A stretch of DNA of 51,290 nt, taken from sequence record SRR20825006_149; one strand, 5' to 3'. A program made the position numbers and the translations under genes. Below, in pieces: positions 10,556 through 20,544 of this stretch (its first letter is position 1; the number at the start of each line of letters is the position of its first letter). The notes beneath the pieces were generated by a model. That model made no database searches, was not told the origin of the DNA, and saw nothing but the letters and a program-made list of their open reading frames with translations.

Positions 10556-11380
10556 CTATTCGCTTGCCCGATCCCGTTTTGCCCCAATCGCCACCGCCAA
10601 CGAAATCGCCAGCGAAAGCGTGGCCGACAGCGCCCTGAAGGCCCCGACATCGACTTCGGACACCGCAAGGGTCAGGGCGTCAATCCGCCGAAGCGGACTT
10701 GTCATCGTATCGGTAATCGCAACAACCGGGTTGCCGAGTCCCCGTGCATAGGCCGCCAGATCGATGGTTTCCTGCGAATAGGGGGCAAAGGTAATGGCAA
10801 TCATCACATCGCCCTTGCGAATGGCATGACGCGGGTTAAGCTTCCCCACCCCGTCATGCAAAACCGCCGGGATGTCCATCTTTTCAAACGCATAGGATAA
10901 ATAACTCGCCACCGGAAAGGCGCGTCTGAACCCGACAATATGGATCATCGGGGCAGCCGCCAGCACATTGACCGCTTCTTCAAGCAATCCGGCATCAATC
11001 GACGACGCCAGATTTTCAAGCGACAGCCGCCCGGCCTCGACAAACTCCGCCAAAAGCGCACTGGGGCTATCGGCCCCGCTTGCCCGAAGATTTTCCAATC
11101 GCGTCGCGTAATCGGGCCATTTCTGGGCATAGGTTTCGCGAAACATTTTCTGCATTTCGGAAAATCCCGAAAAGCCCAGCAACTGGCAAAACCGCATGAA
11201 GGCCGATGGTTGCACCCCCGCCCCGGCGGACAGTTCCGCCACGGTCGAAACCGCAATACGGTCTGTATTCTGGGCGACAAATTCGGCGCATTGCCTCAAT
11301 CTTTTGGGCATTGCCTCCGATATTTCAGCCAGCCGATGATTGAATTCTTCAAGCGAGACCGGCGCGGTTTGTTCCGTCAT
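10556..11380 (-). CDS. iolR: RpiR/MurR-family transcriptional regulator (IolR)
   Basis: HTH region AGVQPSAFMRFCQLLGFSGFSEMQ and SIS domain (GFRRAFPVA, FAPYS, AITD); sits inside the iol cluster. Start set at MTEQ. Confidence 0.85.
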   Translation of the reverse strand: MTEQTAPVSLEEFNHRLAEISEAMPKRLRQCAEFVAQNTDRIAVSTVAELSAGAGVQPSAFMRFCQLLGFSGFSEMQKMFRETYAQKWPDYATRLENLRASGADSPSALLAEFVEAGRLSLENLASSIDAGLLEEAVNVLAAAPMIHIVGFRRAFPVASYLSYAFEKMDIPAVLHDGVGKLNPRHAIRKGDVMIAITFAPYSQETIDLAAYARGLGNPVVAITDTMTSPLRRIDALTLAVSEVDVGAFRALSATLSLAISLAVAIGAKRDRASE

Positions 11381-11444
11381 GGCGTACGGGTTTCCTGTTT
11401 TTGTTTTTGCTTGACGCTGGATGTATTCCATGATCATCCATTTT

Positions 11445-11462
11445 ATAGAATAAAAATTCTAT
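11445..11462. promoter_or_regulatory. Second probable IolR operator in the divergent iolR/dehydrogenase promoter region
   Basis: Inverted repeat ATAGAAT-AAAA-ATTCTAT, with the same spacing as the 10511 site. Confidence 0.6.
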
Positions 11463-11489
11463 TTTGATACAGACAGGGAGTCCAGCGAA

Positions 11490-12617
11490 ATGGCATCCAT
11501 CGGTATTGGCCTTATCGGCACCGGTTTCATGGGCAAGGCGCATGCGCTTGCATTTGGCGCGGTTCGCGCCGTGATGGGCGATGTCCCTGATGTCCGTCTT
11601 GAACTGCTCTGTGATACCCCGGCGGACAAGGCCAGAACCATGGCCGATCAGTTCGGCTTTGCGCGTGCCACCGATGACTGGAAGGCCCTGATTGCCGATC
11701 CGGCGGTCGATATCGTATCGATCACCACCCCCAATATGCTGCATTTTGACATGGCGCTGGCCGCAATTGCGGCGGGCAAGCATGTCTATTGCGAAAAGCC
11801 GCTGGCCCTGACGCTTGATCAGGCGCGTGCGATGCGCGATGCGGCGCGCAAGGCCGGGGTGAAAACCATGGTCGGCTATAATTACATCAAAAACCCCGCC
11901 TTTACCCATGCCTGCAAACTGGTGCGCGAGGGTGCGATTGGCGACATTGTGCATTTTCGCGGCTGGGTGGACGAGGATTATCAGGCCAACCCCGAACTCC
12001 CCTGGACCTGGCGCAGCACGATTGCCGACGCTGGTTTGGGCGCACTTGGCGATCTGGGATGTCATCTGGTTTCGATGACCTATGGCCTTGTTGGCCCGAT
12101 CGACAGTCTGATTGCCGATATGCAGACGGTCCATGAAACCCGCCCGCTGGCCGATGGGGCGGGCCGGGCAAAGGTCGAAAACGAAGATACCGCAACCGCC
12201 CTTGTCCGCTTTGCCAATGGCGCACAGGGCAGCATTTCAACCTCCCGCTCCGCCTGGGGGCGCAAAAACCGGCTGGCATGGGAAGTCCACGGCACAAAGG
12301 GCATGCTGTGCTTTGATCAGGAACGGCTGAACGAATTGCAGCTTTACCGCAACGAAGGCCCGACCGCCAAACAGGGCTTCACCACCATCCTGACCGGCCC
12401 GGAACATCCGCCTTATGGCAATTTCTGTCCGGCACCGGGCCATCAGCTTGGCTTTAACGACCTCAAGGTCATCGAAGCCGCCGCCCTTCTGCGCGCCATC
12501 CGCGACAATCACGCTGCCTATCCGGGCTTTGACGATGCGTTTGAATTCGAAAAGGTCATCCACGCGGTTGCCCTGTCGGCCCGCGAAGAACGGCGTGTAA
12601 AAATCGACGACCTTTAA
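11490..12617 (+). CDS. Gfo/Idh/MocA-family oxidoreductase (probable inositol-isomer dehydrogenase)
   Basis: GTGFMG, CEKPLA, GALGDLGCH and PAPGHQLGFNDLK; divergent from iolR. Confidence 0.85.
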   Translation: MASIGIGLIGTGFMGKAHALAFGAVRAVMGDVPDVRLELLCDTPADKARTMADQFGFARATDDWKALIADPAVDIVSITTPNMLHFDMALAAIAAGKHVYCEKPLALTLDQARAMRDAARKAGVKTMVGYNYIKNPAFTHACKLVREGAIGDIVHFRGWVDEDYQANPELPWTWRSTIADAGLGALGDLGCHLVSMTYGLVGPIDSLIADMQTVHETRPLADGAGRAKVENEDTATALVRFANGAQGSISTSRSAWGRKNRLAWEVHGTKGMLCFDQERLNELQLYRNEGPTAKQGFTTILTGPEHPPYGNFCPAPGHQLGFNDLKVIEAAALLRAIRDNHAAYPGFDDAFEFEKVIHAVALSAREERRVKIDDL

Positions 12618-12859
12618 CGCACGGCATTATCGGAAGGGCTCAAGCGTCCGACATATGTTCGGGCTTGCCCTTCCACTTGGCAAAAAGCACCAATATCCCC
12701 GCCCTCTGCTGTGCTTTTGATTTTGCAGGCATGGTTTCCATCCTTCTTTGGTGTGTTTCACACCCCAAACGGTCGGCGCTTCCCAAAGATGCCCTATAAA
12801 CAGCCAAGCAACATGCGCAAGACAGGCTGCAATTTGACCGTCAATACGCCACCGATAAT

Positions 12860-12897
12860 GAAAAGGCCGGAACAGCATTTCTGCTATTCCGGCCTTC
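12860..12897 (-). terminator. Rho-independent terminator downstream of the 822-aa gene
   Basis: Minus strand AAGGCCGGAATAGCA-GAAA-TGCTGTTCCGGCCTT followed by TTCATT. Confidence 0.6.
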
Positions 12898-12931
12898 ATC
12901 ATTCAGGAGCCGACGGGAGGTCTCGGCTCCC

Positions 12932-15400
12932 TCAGTGAACCAGCGGCAATTCCTTGCGGTCGCCCTCAAGCGTCCATTCCATTGGATTAAGAGCACGGCC
13001 CTCGGCCGATACGACGCCGTTTTGATGGAACAACACCGCGCCATATTGCGCATCTTCGATACGATATGTGCCATCGGTATCAACATGAACATCAAGCGCA
13101 TGGCTATTGGCAAATTTCGCCAAATCACCGGCATGTCCCAGTCGAACAACCCATATCCCATCACGCCCCGCAAGACGCAATTCATGCCCGGCCGACCCGC
13201 CCGTTTGCACAAGCTCCAAAGGTCCCGACGCCGATATAAGCAACGCACCCTCGCCCGAACGTGCCGACGCCCGATATCCATCGACATGCCATTCATCAAA
13301 CGCCAATGTCGGGAACCATGCATGGGTAAAATCAGGTTGCGGTGCCACACCTTCAAACCGGACAATCGCCAGATCACGATATTGCTGAACGCGTGGAACA
13401 CTTGCCGATCCGCCCCAGAAGGACGGGCGACCAAAACCGGATTGAACAATTTCGCCGGGATGGTTGATGAATATCTGTGCGCCCGGTTCGCGACCGATCC
13501 GCGCCTGAAGAAGCGTTTCCTGATATCCCCAGTCCCGCCAGCGATAAAGGGCGGCACTTCCCATCGCGGTTTCACTGGTTTTGTAATGATACAATCGGCA
13601 AAACGCATTTTCGCCCTGCCAGAAAGTCCATTCCTGCGCGGTATCGCGTTTCTCCCAGCAGGCAATGTCGGCAAGATCAGGCAATTCAAGCCCATGATCA
13701 CGCAACGCCAAAGCCATCTGGGCCAGGCAATTCACATGCGCCCCAAACTGCCCTTTGCCCCACAACAATCTGGCAAGACCGTTCAGTTCCAAAGTATCGG
13801 CGACGCAAAGTGAATGCTCGTAACTTCGGCCCTGCGCCCCGGTAATGACGCCGTGATGCGCCGAATTGGCAATCATGGTGATCAGTCGGGTAATGGCCCC
13901 AGATGCCCGTTTCCGAATGACTTCGTCGGGTGCAAGCGCAAACAGGGCCGCCAGCCCTTTAAGATCAATCGGGAAATAGGTTCCGGAATTGAATTCCGCC
14001 ATTTCGGCCGCTTCGAAATGATCGAACCACGCCATCAGGCGCTCATAACCGGCCTGTTTCTGTGCGGTGCCATTCCTATCTGCGCGCCGGAAATGTGACT
14101 GCGGCAACAGGTTCCCTGCCAGATAGGCAGAAGTATGGAACAACAATGCATGGTTTTCCGAGAAATACCACTGAACATCGTTGCCCGGCTCATCCATCCA
14201 GTAACGGAATTCAAGAATAGCGGCATCGATACGCGCGACCAAAGATGCAGGGAGCCGATCCGCAAACACAATGCGCGTCCACAAAAGCGGAACCAGCGCA
14301 AAATCAGCACAGTCATAACACTGCTCGATCCCCGGCAAAGCCGTGTTGATGATTGCCTCGGCACGCGCCAACGCCACCTCATCCCCGACGGCCGCACAGG
14401 CAAGTGCGGTTTCGGTATCGGTTTCACCGTTCTTTGCAATCCATGCAAGGCTTTCGGCAATGCGCGCCTCAAGGTTTTCCGGTGCTGGCCCGGTTACAGA
14501 ACGCCAACTGACTTCCGCACCAAGCCGCGCTTCGGATGCAAAATCGCCGCACTGGAACGCAAATCCGAAATACCGGTAATCTGCCGGAAAATCGTTCGAC
14601 GATGCCAGACGCACGCGATCTGCCCCCGCGGGAATTTCAAACGTCACATCATCATGATCATGCGACATGAAATGACCGGCAACCCTGACCCGGCCGCGAA
14701 CCTTGTCAGGAAACGGCACAGGCATGACAAGCCAGATATCATCACTGTCATAGAATTTACGATCAAGATGCATGGCATCAACAGCCGCCTCGACCGCAGA
14801 TACGGCGTCAGGTTCCGCCGGAAAACAATTCCCCGCCTCTGCCTTTGGGCCGTCAATCCAGACAAGCGCAATACGGATAACCGCATCGCGCTCGCACAGA
14901 TCTTCAAACTGGACGGCAACCTCGTTGTGGCCCTGTTTCAGATCGGCCTCAAACTCGACCTCGTCCATGGCATTCCGGGTCGCGGGCGAAAGCCACGCAA
15001 CCGCCCGCCCGTTCACATAAACGCGCGCGGCCCCACAAATACCCAATCGCAACCGCGCAGGGCCTGCATCCATGGCATTGATCGCCGTTCTCGCCCACCC
15101 CTGAATATGGGTTGCCCGGAACCAGAACCCCGAAAGATCAAGAAACGGTGATCCACCTGGCAAAATGTTCCTTGCCTTCCGCCAGTCAGGGAACGGCAGT
15201 TCGGCAATTTCTTTGCCACGGCGTTCGGCAATATAAGCGGTCCGGCAGGGATAGGTATGCGGGATGAAATTCTTTTCCTTTGTCAGGAAAAAGGTTGAAT
15301 CCATCTCGCCTTCCATCGGCATATCCGCCACATCATATGCCCGTTCTTCAAGCGACGTGACCTGCCAGTAAGGAACGGATGCTCCGGATTTAAGCAGCAT
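12932..15400 (-). CDS. Uncharacterised 822-aa protein; possible cytoplasmic oligosaccharide lyase (heparinase II/III-like architecture)
   Basis: Long ORF starting 3 nt after the kduI stop. Beta-rich N-terminus, helical middle with WYFSENHALLFH and EFNSGTYFPID, beta-rich C-terminus; no signal peptide. Function inferred from context. Confidence 0.75.
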   Translation of the reverse strand: MLLKSGASVPYWQVTSLEERAYDVADMPMEGEMDSTFFLTKEKNFIPHTYPCRTAYIAERRGKEIAELPFPDWRKARNILPGGSPFLDLSGFWFRATHIQGWARTAINAMDAGPARLRLGICGAARVYVNGRAVAWLSPATRNAMDEVEFEADLKQGHNEVAVQFEDLCERDAVIRIALVWIDGPKAEAGNCFPAEPDAVSAVEAAVDAMHLDRKFYDSDDIWLVMPVPFPDKVRGRVRVAGHFMSHDHDDVTFEIPAGADRVRLASSNDFPADYRYFGFAFQCGDFASEARLGAEVSWRSVTGPAPENLEARIAESLAWIAKNGETDTETALACAAVGDEVALARAEAIINTALPGIEQCYDCADFALVPLLWTRIVFADRLPASLVARIDAAILEFRYWMDEPGNDVQWYFSENHALLFHTSAYLAGNLLPQSHFRRADRNGTAQKQAGYERLMAWFDHFEAAEMAEFNSGTYFPIDLKGLAALFALAPDEVIRKRASGAITRLITMIANSAHHGVITGAQGRSYEHSLCVADTLELNGLARLLWGKGQFGAHVNCLAQMALALRDHGLELPDLADIACWEKRDTAQEWTFWQGENAFCRLYHYKTSETAMGSAALYRWRDWGYQETLLQARIGREPGAQIFINHPGEIVQSGFGRPSFWGGSASVPRVQQYRDLAIVRFEGVAPQPDFTHAWFPTLAFDEWHVDGYRASARSGEGALLISASGPLELVQTGGSAGHELRLAGRDGIWVVRLGHAGDLAKFANSHALDVHVDTDGTYRIEDAQYGAVLFHQNGVVSAEGRALNPMEWTLEGDRKELPLVH

Positions 15401-15403
15401 GAC

Positions 15404-16240
15404 TTAACGCAGCTCCTTAATGGCAACCGGCGAAACATCGGTATATTCCTGATTTTCCCCGGTCATGCCCCACACAAAACCATACGGCCCGGTACCGGCC
15501 CCCATATGAATGGACCAGGCTGGCGACAGGACGACATCGCCATTTGCCACAACCAGATGACGGGTATTATCCGGGCGCCCCATGAAATGCATAACCCGGT
15601 CTTCATCCGAAAGATCGAAATAGCAATAGGCCTCCATGCGGCGCTCATGCAGGTGCGGCGGCATGGTGTTCCAGACCGAACCCTTCGCCGGATCGGTAAT
15701 GCCCATCAGCAACAGACAGGATGGCGCGACCTCTGGATGAATATACATCGCCAGGGAACGGCGATTGCTTTTCTCGGCATCCCCCATCTCAAGGATTTTC
15801 GATTCCGCACGCGTGATCAGACGCGTCGGCACTGAATGCCCCGCCGGGACCGAATTCATATAAAAACGTGCCGGGCTTTTGGCATCATCACTGCCCAGCG
15901 AAACGGTTTCAGCACCACGGCCGATATAAAGAACATCGCGGTTTGCAAGCTCATAGCGCGTTCCGTCCACCTCGATCCAGCCCGCGCCGCCAAGGTTTGC
16001 AATGCCCATTTCGCGTGCATCAAAGAACAGGTTCGTCCCGACATCTTTGCCATCGCCAAAGCCAAGCGCCTTTTCCCCCGGAACGGCACCACCGACAATC
16101 ATCCGATCAAAATGAGTATACGCAAAGCTGATCTGACCCGGCACAAAGAGACGCTCGACCATAAAATTCTCGCGCAACTGGGTCGTATTCATTCCATCGA
16201 TCTGATCGGGACCGGCACCATAGCGTTGTTCCATAGCCAC
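15404..16240 (-). CDS. kduI: 5-dehydro-4-deoxy-D-glucuronate (DKI) isomerase
   Basis: YTHFDRMIVGG, WNTMPPHLHERRMEAY, SPAWSIH and GENQEYTD; GTG start preceded by AGGAG. Confidence 0.93.
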   Translation of the reverse strand: MAMEQRYGAGPDQIDGMNTTQLRENFMVERLFVPGQISFAYTHFDRMIVGGAVPGEKALGFGDGKDVGTNLFFDAREMGIANLGGAGWIEVDGTRYELANRDVLYIGRGAETVSLGSDDAKSPARFYMNSVPAGHSVPTRLITRAESKILEMGDAEKSNRRSLAMYIHPEVAPSCLLLMGITDPAKGSVWNTMPPHLHERRMEAYCYFDLSDEDRVMHFMGRPDNTRHLVVANGDVVLSPAWSIHMGAGTGPYGFVWGMTGENQEYTDVSPVAIKELR

Positions 16241-16426
16241 GGGATATCTCCTAAGGATGTTCCTGCACGTTCAGCCACCGTTTGGATCGGTGACGCACTT
16301 TATAAATTCGCAGAAGCAGGAAGCTGGCTTCCTGTTCCGCACAGGAAAAAACATCACACCAAGAAATTTTTCGTGCAATATGTAAATAAATTCCACAAAC
16401 TGATGAGAATCAGGAAAGGGAAAAAC

Positions 16427-17449
16427 ATGGCAGTTAGCGGACGCACGAAGATAAGCGACATCGCCTCGCGTCTTGGGGTTTCTACGGCAACCGTATCACG
16501 CGCCCTAAGCGGCAATGGCTATGTCCGCGAACATCTCGCCTCCAGAATCCGGGCTGCGGCCATTGAAATGAACTACGCCGTTTCAAGCACCACTGCCGGG
16601 CAAAAGGTCCTGATTGTTTCCTCGCAAGAGGCCATGATCGATTTCAAACGCAGCCAGTTCACCATGTATGTTCTCGAAGGGGTTCGCGAACGCGCCGAAA
16701 GCCGGGACATCCGCATAGAATCTTACATCTATCAGCCCAATCAACGCTTCGAAGACCTCTACAACGCGGCACAGGCCCCGGATTTGATCGGTCTTTTGCT
16801 TGTTTCCGTCGATGATGCGACACTCGATTATGTGCGCGCCTCGGATATGCCTGCCGTCCTGGTCAATGGTGACGATCCGGAAATGCAGCTAAGCTCGGTC
16901 ACGCCATGCAATCGATCGGCGGCCTCCCTGGCGACCAAACATCTTATCAATCAGGGACACCGCCATATCCTGTTTCTCAATCGCCCCGGCAGGCGCACGA
17001 TTCAGCGCCGCTTCGAAGGATGGCGCGACGCCATGGCCGAACATTACAATCCCGACTATGTGATTGATATCGACGACTGGACCGCCGAAGCCGCAAGCCA
17101 GCGCATTACCGAGGTCATCGAAAGCAACCTTTCTTTCAGCGCCATTGTCGCTGCTGGCGATATCCTGGCTGTCGGCGCTGTTTCCGCCCTGCAAGCCAAG
17201 GGCTACAACGTCCCGAAAGATGTTTCTGTGGTCGGCATTGATGGCCTGCCCCAGGGCCAATACATGTCACCTGCGCTGACATCGGTCAAAATTCCGATGC
17301 AGACAGTCGGCGCGCTGTCGCTGGATCTGCTGATTGAAACCTGCCGACTGACCAATGCCGATATTGAAATGCCCGCACGCCGGATTGAACTGGCGTGCGA
17401 GCTCATTAACCGCGAAAGCGTCGGCCCGCCACCGGCCAAACTACGCTGA
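16427..17449 (+). CDS. LacI-family transcriptional regulator
   Basis: HTH ISDIASRLGVSTATVSRAL and effector domain VPKDVSVVGIDG, SPALTSV. Real start is the ATG at 16427 after AGGAAAGGG; the ORF track over-extends it upstream. Confidence 0.9.
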   Translation: MAVSGRTKISDIASRLGVSTATVSRALSGNGYVREHLASRIRAAAIEMNYAVSSTTAGQKVLIVSSQEAMIDFKRSQFTMYVLEGVRERAESRDIRIESYIYQPNQRFEDLYNAAQAPDLIGLLLVSVDDATLDYVRASDMPAVLVNGDDPEMQLSSVTPCNRSAASLATKHLINQGHRHILFLNRPGRRTIQRRFEGWRDAMAEHYNPDYVIDIDDWTAEAASQRITEVIESNLSFSAIVAAGDILAVGAVSALQAKGYNVPKDVSVVGIDGLPQGQYMSPALTSVKIPMQTVGALSLDLLIETCRLTNADIEMPARRIELACELINRESVGPPPAKLR

Positions 17450-17492
17450 CAGACATGACCGGCCAAACGTGATCAGGGCGCCACAAACCGCC

Positions 17493-18233
17493 CTATCGCG
17501 CAAGCCAGCCACCATCAACATTCAAAATGGCACCTGAAACATAATCAGACGCGGGCGCTGCCAGATAAACCGCTGTTTCCGCGATATCATCAGGACGTCC
17601 CCAACGCCCTGCCGGAATACGTTCCAGAATGGCCGCAGACCGATCAGGATCATCACGCAACGCCTGTGTATTGCTTGTCGCGATATAGCCCGGCGCAATC
17701 GCATTCACATTGATACCGCGTGCCGTCCACTCATTTGCCAGAATACGGGTCAAACCGGCCACACCATGCTTGGATGTGGTGTAGGACGGAACCCGAATAC
17801 CCCCCTGAAACGATAAAAGCGACGCGATATTCACAATCTTGCCCTGCCCGCCGCGCGCAAAGACCTCCCTGGCAAATGCCTGCGCGGTAAAGAACACCGC
17901 CTTGGCATTCACATCCATGACGGCGTCCCAGTCTTCTTCGGTAAAATCGATGCAATCGGCGCGGCGGATAATCCCCGCATTATTGACCAGAATGTCGATA
18001 TTGGCACCCTCAAACAGGGCCGCCCCCGCCATCGGATCAGCAAAATCAACAATGACCTCGCTTGCGACACCGCCCGCATCACCGACCATTGCAACCGTTT
18101 CGCTACAGCTTCGCCGTCCTGCACAGACAACTTCCGCACCTGCGCGTGCCATGGCGACGGCAATAGCCTGCCCTATTCCGGCATTGGCACCGGTTACCAA
18201 AGCTTTTCGACCGCTCAGCGAGAACGCATTCAT
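17493..18233 (-). CDS. kduD: 2-dehydro-3-deoxy-D-gluconate 5-dehydrogenase
   Basis: SDR motifs TGANAGIG, NNAGIIRR, IASLLSFQGGIRVPSYTTSK and NVDGGWLAR. Confidence 0.93.
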   Translation of the reverse strand: MNAFSLSGRKALVTGANAGIGQAIAVAMARAGAEVVCAGRRSCSETVAMVGDAGGVASEVIVDFADPMAGAALFEGANIDILVNNAGIIRRADCIDFTEEDWDAVMDVNAKAVFFTAQAFAREVFARGGQGKIVNIASLLSFQGGIRVPSYTTSKHGVAGLTRILANEWTARGINVNAIAPGYIATSNTQALRDDPDRSAAILERIPAGRWGRPDDIAETAVYLAAPASDYVSGAILNVDGGWLAR

Positions 18234-18273
18234 GATATAACTCCGCTTGGATAGGATTAGGTATGGGTGAACG

Positions 18274-19596
18274 TCACATCAGCCCAAGGAACCGCGGCAA
18301 TGCCAACGTGATCCAGGGGACATAAGTGGTCAGAAGCAAGGCCGCCGATGTCGCAAAGAAGAACGGCAGGATCGGCCTTACCACCTGATCAATGCGCAGA
18401 TTGGCAACCGCACACCCGACAAAAAGGACGCTCCCGACCGGTGGTGTCATCGACCCAACCCCAAGGTTAAAGATCATGATGATCCCTAAATGCACCGGAT
18501 GAATGCCGATCTCGGTCGCAATCGGCAAAAAGATCGGGGTGAAAATCAACACTGCCGGCGTCAGATCCATGAAAAACCCGATGATCAGCAGACAGACATT
18601 CATCACCAGCAAAATCACAATGGGATTGTCAAAGGTCAGAATGGTCTCGGCAATGACATCGGGAATCCCGGCAATCGTCATGACATAGGACATGATGCCC
18701 GATGCCGCGATCAGAAACAGGATCGAACAACTCGTAACCGCCGACGATTTCAAAGCTTCCAGATATTCCTGCAAGCTTGCCATCCGGTACATCAACGACA
18801 GAACAAATGAATACAGAACGGCAACCGCCGCACCTTCTGTCGCGGTAAAAGCCCCGATCGCAATGCCACCAATGACCAGGATAATCATCAATAACGGCGG
18901 CAACGCCTGCCATGTCACATGCAGAATTTCCGACCAGCCGACACTACCTTCCGTGCGATAACCGCGACGCATGGCAAAAAAGGTAATGACCATCATAACC
19001 GATAGCCCCATCAGGATGCCCGGAAGATACCCGCCAAGAAACAGGGCGGAGATCGACGTCCCGCCAGACACCAGCGAAAACAGGATTAAAGGTCCGCTTG
19101 GCGGGATCAGAATACCGGTGGGCGCCGATGCAATATTCACCGCTGCCGAAAACGCGGGATCATACCCCTCTTTGCGCTGCAACGGCCCCATAACCCCGCC
19201 AACGGCGGCCGCAGCAGCAATGGACGACCCGGAAATCGAGCCAAACAGCATATTGGCCAGCACATTGGTATGGGCCAATGCACCGGGCATACGCCCGCCC
19301 AGCAACTTCGCCAGATTGATCAGGCGGATTGCGATACCGCCCTTGTTCATGATGTTTCCCGCCAGCACAAAAAACGGGATGGCCAGAAGCGTAAAACTGT
19401 CGATGCCCGAAAACATCTTTTGGGCGCTGACAAAACTGATCACGCTTGATGGCAAATAGGCAAAGCCCGTCACAACCGACGAAACACCAATTGCAATCGA
19501 AATCGGTGTTCCAAGGGCAAGAAGGCCGAAAAACAGCGCAAACAGCACAATTGCCGCACCCGCAGGATCAAGCATGAAATCAACAAGCGCATCCAT
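18274..19596 (-). CDS. dctM: TRAP transporter large permease
   Basis: LAIPFFVLAG, FGSISGS, LIPPS and TPPVG motifs; start set at MDALVDF. Confidence 0.92.
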   Translation of the reverse strand: MDALVDFMLDPAGAAIVLFALFFGLLALGTPISIAIGVSSVVTGFAYLPSSVISFVSAQKMFSGIDSFTLLAIPFFVLAGNIMNKGGIAIRLINLAKLLGGRMPGALAHTNVLANMLFGSISGSSIAAAAAVGGVMGPLQRKEGYDPAFSAAVNIASAPTGILIPPSGPLILFSLVSGGTSISALFLGGYLPGILMGLSVMMVITFFAMRRGYRTEGSVGWSEILHVTWQALPPLLMIILVIGGIAIGAFTATEGAAVAVLYSFVLSLMYRMASLQEYLEALKSSAVTSCSILFLIAASGIMSYVMTIAGIPDVIAETILTFDNPIVILLVMNVCLLIIGFFMDLTPAVLIFTPIFLPIATEIGIHPVHLGIIMIFNLGVGSMTPPVGSVLFVGCAVANLRIDQVVRPILPFFFATSAALLLTTYVPWITLALPRFLGLM

Positions 19597-19597
19597 T

Positions 19598-20101
19598 TCA
19601 AACTGTCTCCTGCACTTCTTCAACCGGCGCCAGTTGACCCAGACCGATCAGAATAATATTAAGGGCCTGCAACAGAATGATCAGGCCCGCCGACACCGGA
19701 ACCGCAAGGTAAACCATCCCCATCGGGATCTGCATGATCGGCGAAAGCTGCGCCATTGCAGACATGCTCGCCCCCCAGCCACCGATCAGCATCGTAAAGC
19801 TGGCAAATGCGATGGAAATAAGCCCGTTCAGCATCGCCAGCCCTTTGCGCCACCACATCGGCCCCAGAAAAACCAGCAGATCAAGCGACAGATGTTTACG
19901 GCTGCCAAAACAGTAAGCCGACCCCAGAAGCGCCATCCAGATCATCGTAAATCGAAGCGTTTCTTCCGTGAACAAGGCAGGCGTTGCCAGCACATAGCGG
20001 GTGAAAACCTGCCACAGCATCAGGACCACCATGCAGCACAACGTGATTGAAATAATCACCAGCAGCAGGCGCTCAATACCATGCTTGAGAGATTGCAACA
20101 C
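19598..20101 (-). CDS. dctQ: TRAP transporter small permease
   Basis: QVFTRYV, TEETLRFTMIWMALLG and HLSLD; four TM segments; GTG start 9 nt after GGAGG. Confidence 0.88.
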   Translation of the reverse strand: MLQSLKHGIERLLLVIISITLCCMVVLMLWQVFTRYVLATPALFTEETLRFTMIWMALLGSAYCFGSRKHLSLDLLVFLGPMWWRKGLAMLNGLISIAFASFTMLIGGWGASMSAMAQLSPIMQIPMGMVYLAVPVSAGLIILLQALNIILIGLGQLAPVEEVQETV

Positions 20102-20198
20102 TTCGCGTTTCCTCCGTCGAAGTTGCCTGGCGCAGACAGGCATTCTTTTTATTTCGATTATCCCCAGACCATGCGATGTGAAAACAATATCTGCAATC

Positions 20199-20213
20199 TG
20201 AAAATTATTTTCA
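20199..20213. promoter_or_regulatory. Palindromic candidate operator for the LacI-family regulator
   Basis: TGAAAAT-T-ATTTTCA. Related 15-mers at 20419-20433 (TGAAAATTTATTACA) and 16381-16395 (TGTAAATAAATTCCA). Confidence 0.5.
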
Positions 20214-20544
20214 TAAACATTTCGGAACCGGACTTACACGTTAAAGCAGGATGATGCAACCGGCGCTGCGCAGCCAAACTGCGCTCCATCACATTCAAAA
20301 GATTATCAAACCCGGACAAATCTCTGACCTCAAAGATATTGGCGCGCACTCTGTCCCAAACGTGAATGCCGACGCCCCTTTCGCGCGGTTTCCTCATGTT
20401 TGCTTGGCCGCCCGCGAATGAAAATTTATTACATATGGAAATTTTATTTTCACAATGACAGTTTTATCCACATGTCATCGATGAAATGCGGTGACATTTT
20501 CGTCACCGCCAATCGGGCGGAAAAAAATCCAAGGGAGGAAAACA

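Noticed and set aside
15836-16426. 197-aa N-terminal extension on the LacI ORF (537 aa in the track)
   Set aside because: It overlaps kduI on the opposite strand and spans the divergent promoter; the HTH starts right after the RBS-preceded ATG at 16427.
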